From the NCBI GenBank assembly GCA_951406725.2, contig OX597817.1, positions 36,084,001 to 36,148,000 on the forward strand: a stretch of DNA of 64,000 nucleotides. The letters are read 5' to 3'. Each line of letters begins with the position of its first letter. The first letter of the stretch is position 1. This DNA is from Octopus vulgaris. Taxonomy: Eukaryota. A model generated the notes under the pieces. The model did not search any database. It saw nothing but the letters and a program-made list of their open reading frames with translations, and was not told the origin of the DNA. The translations under genes and the position numbers were made by a program. Shown one piece after another: positions 57,898 to 64,000 of the stretch.

Positions 57898-58090
57898 TGA
57901 GAGAGAGCGTATGTATACAAAACACAACGTTAATGAAATGTGTTTTCATTCTTTTCTGTTAAATTTGAGGTCTAGGTTGTTTGCTTTAAAAAAAGAAAAT
58001 ATCAAAAATATTTTTAAAAAATCACAAAAAGAGCACTCGTTATCTCTAGTAAACACAACAATCAATAACAACGACTAATGCTAATACTAC

Positions 58091-58214
<124 letters not shown>

Positions 58215-58739
58215 AGGAAAGTTGACAGATAAGGATTGTTTAGGATAGTAGTGAAAAAAATAGAAGGCACTGATAAAGAATATGAGAAGAGATGAGAAGA
58301 GGAACAAGGTTAAGATGAAGATAAAACCCCTTAGCACATTCAGTCTGTAAAACATGATAAAATACGCAGATAGCTTCTACCTAAAATATAAACAAGCCTG
58401 TTCTGTCTCATTGTTAAACGCTCGGCAACTTTGGGCGGTTTTCCTTCGCTCTTATTTTATGAGAATTTAATTTATCAACCTGTTTGCCTACATTTCGTAT
58501 GTAGGGTTATCAATGGTTTATTATAATGTTTTTCTTTTTCGCACCTCTCTGTCTGTCGATTTATCTATATAACTAACATTGTAATCTTCGGTTTCGAAAC
58601 TTATGTGTTCGTGTATGTCTTTCTATCTGTCTGACTGTAGGTATGTATGTATGTATTAGGTCATCCCATAAATAATGCGGTCTTTTTATACTTCTTTTAT
58701 TTTTCAAAATTAAGATAAACAAAGTTCTTTTTTAATCTA

Positions 58740-59755
58740 AAATATACTCTCCATTTTCTACAATACTCTTCAATCTATCTAGTAGACTTGTTAGGCAGCT
58801 TCTTCCAAAATTCACTTACCCATACGAAAAATACTCCTTTGGTACTGTTCTAACCTCGTCTACAGAATTCATACTTTTTCCATCAATATGATTTTGAAGA
58901 CTGGGGAATAAATGATAATCAGATAGGGCAATGTCCGGCGAATATGGTGGGTGGGACATCGATTTCCATTCAAACTGCTCCATTCTTTGGAATATCATCC
59001 TCGCTGTATGTGGCTTAGCATTATCCTGATGGAAGAACACCTTTCGTCTTCAAACCAAAGATGGTCGTTTTTCTACTAGCGCTCACTTAAGCCGCTCAAG
59101 CTGCTCGCATTAGATCTCCTCTGTTATCGTTTGGTTTAGGTTCAAAAGTTCAAAGTGGACTAAACCTTTCATATCCCACCAAACAGATAACACTTTACGT
59201 GGGTGAAGACTTTCTTTAACCTGGGGTGCAGGTGTTTCTCCTTCCCCTACCCACTGTCTTCGGCGCTTGACATTTTTATAGAGAACCCATTTCTCGCCAC
59301 CAGTCCACCATTCGGTCCAAAATGGGTTCAATCGTGAGACGTGACAGCAAACAAGAACACACATTCAGTACCTGCGCGCAATTAGACTTGGAAAGTTTGC
59401 GAAGAACCCATTAACCCATTTTGCTGACTTTTCCGATTGCACGCAGGTGTCGATGAATGATTGAATGACCAAATCCAAGCTTCTCTGCTAGTTCCTCAAC
59501 AATTATGTTGGGATTTTGTTCCCTCAGGGTTTGCAGGACGTCCTCGTCGAGCTTTACAGATCTTCCAGGACGGGGCTTGTCTTATAGTTTGTAGTTTCCG
59601 GCTCGGAATTTCCGGAACCGTCGTTGACACTGGCTTGCGCTTATTGTTCGATCCCCATATACTACATTAATATTCATCGCACTTTCCGTTGCGTTGATGC
59701 CATTATTGAACTCATAAAGCAAAATATGCCGAATATGCTCCTTTCTCACTTCCAT
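58740..59755 (-). pseudogene. Mariner (DD34D) transposase pseudogene
   Basis: MEVRKEHIRHILLYEF.. (HTH), EKWVLYKN, HPRKVLSVWWD, HQDNAKPH, HPPYSPDIALSDYHLF in broken frames. Confidence 0.93.
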
Positions 59756-59854
59756 TATAGCTTTGAAAATATAACTGTTAAAATCGAACTGCACTCTTTA
59801 AAACTAACACTATGAATAAGTACAAGATAAAATTATAGTTTTATAAAGTTTTAT

Positions 59855-60185
59855 AACCGATGCAGATGTGTTTACGTCCCCGTAACTTAGCGGTTTGGTA
59901 AAAAGAGACCTATAGAATAAGTACTAGGCTTACAAAGAATAAGTCCTGAGGTCGATTTGCTCGACTAAAGGCGGTGCTCCAGCATGGCCGCAGTCAAAAT
60001 GACTGAAACAAGCAAAAGAGCAAAAGAGTACCATTCTTGGTGCAAAGCGGTATCTTTGTTTCGTGAGCGTTGCTACTCTATCAGGAACATTTATCTGATT
60101 TTATGAGTTATCTTTAGTTTTCAGTACGGGAGCTAACCAGGGTCATCAAACGAACCTTGAGAAAAGACGTCAGCAGAAAAACATT
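59855..60185 (-). other. Inverted copy of 45196-45528 inserted into the mariner 5' region
   Basis: SINE 3' half plus about 155 bp of non-SINE flank, near-identical to the reverse complement of 45196-45528. Confidence 0.9.
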
Positions 60186-60371
60186 TTATAGCAAGTTGAT
60201 GCAGGTTTTAGTTCATGTGATTGAATAAGACACATTATTTATGGGATGACCCAATATGTATGTATGCATATTTATGTATGCATATATGTATGTATCTATC
60301 GTTTGTTCGGTATGGTGCTCTCTTCCTTTTATCTTTATACACATACGCACGCACACACACGGACACACACA

Positions 60372-60413
<42 letters not shown>

Positions 60414-60788
60414 ACATACTAAACTTTACACATTTTGTCTTGCAAATGTTATATATATATTTCTTTACTGCCCACAAGGGGCTAAACATAGAGGGGACAG
60501 ACAAAGGGATTACGTCGATTATATCAACCCCAGTGCGAAACTGGTACTTTATTTATCGACCCCGAGAGGAGGAAAAGCAAAGTCGACCTCGGCGGAATTT
60601 GAACTCAGAACGTAACGACAGACGAAATGCGGCTACGCATTTCGCCCGGCGTGTTAACCGTTCTGCCAGCTCGCATATAATATGCGTATATAAATACATA
60701 CGTAAATATATATATACATACCGCGTGTGTATCGTTGGTGATTTTTTTTTCGTCCGTCTTCCCATCTTTGGATCTTTCCTTTTTCTAT

Positions 60789-60823
60789 GTTTCTGAGGAA
60801 GAGCTCCGCTCGAGACGTTAAAT
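60789..60823 (+). ncRNA. Hammerhead-like motif, family B (GAAA>GAGA)
   Basis: gttt-CTGAGGA-a-gagc(tcc)gctc-GAGA-c-GTT-aaat. Confidence 0.55.
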
Positions 60824-60924
60824 CCTTCTTTTTTTTTCCTTTCCTGAGCGTCCAATAACACTATACTTGTTCCACGTCCTCGCGATGTTGTGTTTTCTCT
60901 TTGTGTTTTCATGTTTGGATTAAC

Positions 60925-60999
<75 letters not shown>

Positions 61000-61028
61000 T
61001 AGTGACAAAAACACAGGCATATTATATA

Positions 61029-61098
<70 letters not shown>

Positions 61099-62045
61099 GC
61101 CTGTGTTTTTGTGTGTGTATACACGGACGCACACACACCTGTTCATAGGAGTAACAGGAACAAAGCATTCAAAGGAATATCATCAAGGTATTTCAGTTAA
61201 AGAGTCAGTCGCTCGAGAGAGTCAAAGTATATTTTTTTCGGGTTTTCAATGCATGCATAGATAATGCATACATACATACATGCATACATACATGCATACA
61301 TACATACATACATGCATACATACATACATACATGCATACTTGCATACATACATGCACACATACATACATGCATACATACATGCATACATACATACATGAT
61401 GGCTGTCTACTCGTTAGACGAGCATGGCCATTGCTGACGCGTCAGCTATGCCCGTCCAAGGGTTTTAAGTCGAGTACGGCTTTCACAACGCCCAAACGAC
61501 TCTCACAAGTAATATCAAGAAATTTAGAAGTAAGCAAAGAGCAAAAGGTGTGCCTTGACTCACATACACACATAGAGGCACACACACACATTTGTACATA
61601 TATATATAGCGATTATTCGAGGAACGTGTAATTTCCGTTTGTAGCTGGTATTTGACATCAGAACACTAATTTCAAAGATAGACAATGAATATAGACTTCA
61701 TAAAACCTTAAATTTAAAAACACGTATTTACATTTATGCTATCAATTAAAGGTCTTATGTAGAATAGCTTCTTTCGATTGAATTTAATCTAAGCATTTAA
61801 CGATTTTTAAAATTATAACTTAGCTTAAAGTTATATTCCTGTAATAGAATACACTAGAAACGAAAAAATAATGTTTATACCTTAACGCATTTATAACAGC
61901 TTATCTTCAGAAAAAGAAAATTTATATACAGAAACATAGTTAATCCAAGAAATATTTGAAATGCACTTTTCTGGCTGTTATCTCAACATTTTTAGAATGA
62001 AGGTGGTTTAATATCATTAGCCGATTACGCGATAGACTGTGAAAC

Positions 62046-62232
62046 TGAAAATCGTATTATAGGAATAGATTGCTCGTATGTATGTATGTATGTATGTATG
62101 TATGTATGTATGTATGTATGTATGTATGTATGTATGTATGTATGTATGTATGTATGTATGTATGTATGTATATATATATGTATATATATATATATATATA
62201 CGAGCAATCTATTCCTATAATACGATTTTCAG
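62046..62232. repeat. Perfect inverted repeat of about 33 bp enclosing (TATG)n(TA)n
   Basis: ctgaaaatcgtattataggaatagattgctcgtat / atacgagcaatctattcctataatacgattttcag. Confidence 0.9.
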
Positions 62233-64000
62233 CACCCCCCACACCCACCCACACACACACACGCACACACATATATATATATATATATGTATATATATAC
62301 ATATATATATATGTGTGTATCTATATATATATAAGTATATATATGTAATATATATGTGTATATACATGTATATGTATGTGTATATGCATATATATGTGTG
62401 TGTATACACACATGTATATATATATACATATGTATGTATATATACTATATGTATACACTATATGTATATACTATATATTCAAATATATATATATATACTA
62501 TATATATACATGTATATACAGACATATATATATACATGTGTGTATATACCTATATATATACATATTTATATACATATACACATACCTATACATGTATACA
62601 CACACGCACAGACATACACAGACACACACACATATATAACACACACACACATATTTATAGTTAACAAATAGTTAACATCAAGAGGCGTGCCTCAAAGTTA
62701 TCCATCGGTAAAAACATTTCGAAAATGTCGCCCTATATTGTAATGTTGTATTAGAGAGGTCCAACTTTATAGCATGCACAGCACTGAATTAAATTCAAAT
62801 AGACCAAGAAGACGCAAACAGTGTAAAATCTTATGGCTCAACCTAACATAGTTAGGAAATTAAAACTAATAGATAACTACTTTCCACATTCACACAAATA
62901 CCACAAGATCTTCAACAAAAATACTGTTATAGTAAGCTATAGTTGCCTCCCCAATATAAGGTCAATGATATTCAAACACCCACGAAAGACAATGCAATTG
63001 TAGATCCCCAAACCACTGTCCTCTAAACAACAATTGTCTCGAGGAAGAACTCGTATACGAGACCAAGATCACGAACTTTGTGGAACACTGTTGCCGAAGA
63101 AAAGATAAAATTGTACATCAGCAATCACTATGAACACTAGTGAAAGGAAACCAGGCAGACTTTGTCGAGCATACGTGTAGGCAGTTTCTTGAGAACACAA
63201 ACCCTTTTAAAAAGCTTCGTTTCTGGGATAACAGTGAATAAAGAAAGCATGGAGAAGATTCGTGAATGGGAGTTGAGTGTGTTCGATATGACATGACAAC
63301 GTACTTAATATAGACAACCAATGATATTTAATTAATCATAATTGTATCTGAACTGAAGAGAAAAAAGAATTATTATTTTTGATAATTCTGTATTTTCTTA
63401 AAATTCTAAAAGTACATCAGGAGCTGTAGAATATATACTTTTCTGATAGAAATTAAAGTATTATCGCCGCATAGGAATACTCAAGAGCACTTATGTGTGT
63501 GTATATGTGTGTGTGTGAAAGTTACAATTAGGAAGTTTAGGAATTTTGAGGAAAAGGAATGCAGTTTTAATATCTGAAAAGCAAAATCTAATAAAGGTCT
63601 TAATACATTTTAATATAAAGGATAATATCTATATTTCACTTATAAGCCTCTAATGTCATAACGTTCTAAATCATACGATTTTGTTTATAGGCTCTTAAAA
63701 AGAACCGGTAGATTGAACATCAATCACAAAAACACAGACAGAACCCCAGATACAAAAAGAAAAAAAAGACATTCTGAAAGAGTCAAGAATTTTCCAAACA
63801 ATATGGTTAGGTCTATTATGAATAACAGAGTTCTAGTTAATATTGGTTTCAAATTTTTGCTCTAAGCCAGCAATTTCGGAGAAGCGAGTAAGTCGTTTGA
63901 ATCAATCCCAGTGCTCAACTGGTATTTATTGACCCCGAAAGTATGAAAAGCAAAGTCCACCTCGGCGGAATTTGAACTCAGAACCTAAAGACGGACAAAA

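Larger units (their letters stand above)
58656..60254 (-). mobile_element. Full-length decayed mariner transposon
   Basis: TA TSDs; TIRs TTAGGTCATCCCATAAATAATG / CATTATTTATGGGATGACCCAA. Confidence 0.93.

Overview
AT-rich, microsatellite-saturated eukaryotic DNA whose SINE repertoire and repeat landscape are most consistent with an octopus (coleoid cephalopod) genome; this is an inference. There is no intact host CDS, and most ORFs in the track are translations of simple repeats. The window holds: (1) a near-full-length but inactivated Tx1-clade (L1-type) retrotransposon plus three truncated copies, all inserted in (TATC)n tracts in the same orientation; (2) about 11 minimal type-I hammerhead ribozyme (HHR) motifs from at least 7 unrelated short Penelope-like (PLE) families, mostly in inverted-repeat modules bounded by (TA)n, with 8 of them between 23.2 and 31.2 kb; (3) restriction-like-endonuclease (RLE) retrotransposon remnants in (TAA)n and (TACA)n; (4) a full-length decayed mariner, a Helitron, MITEs, LINE fragments and many tRNA-derived SINEs; (5) a heavily decayed multi-exon pancreatic-lipase-like pseudogene, tentatively read on the minus strand across about 2.8-20.9 kb; (6) two local templated insertions. 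All calls are by eye, coordinates of decayed elements are approximate, and no database search was run.
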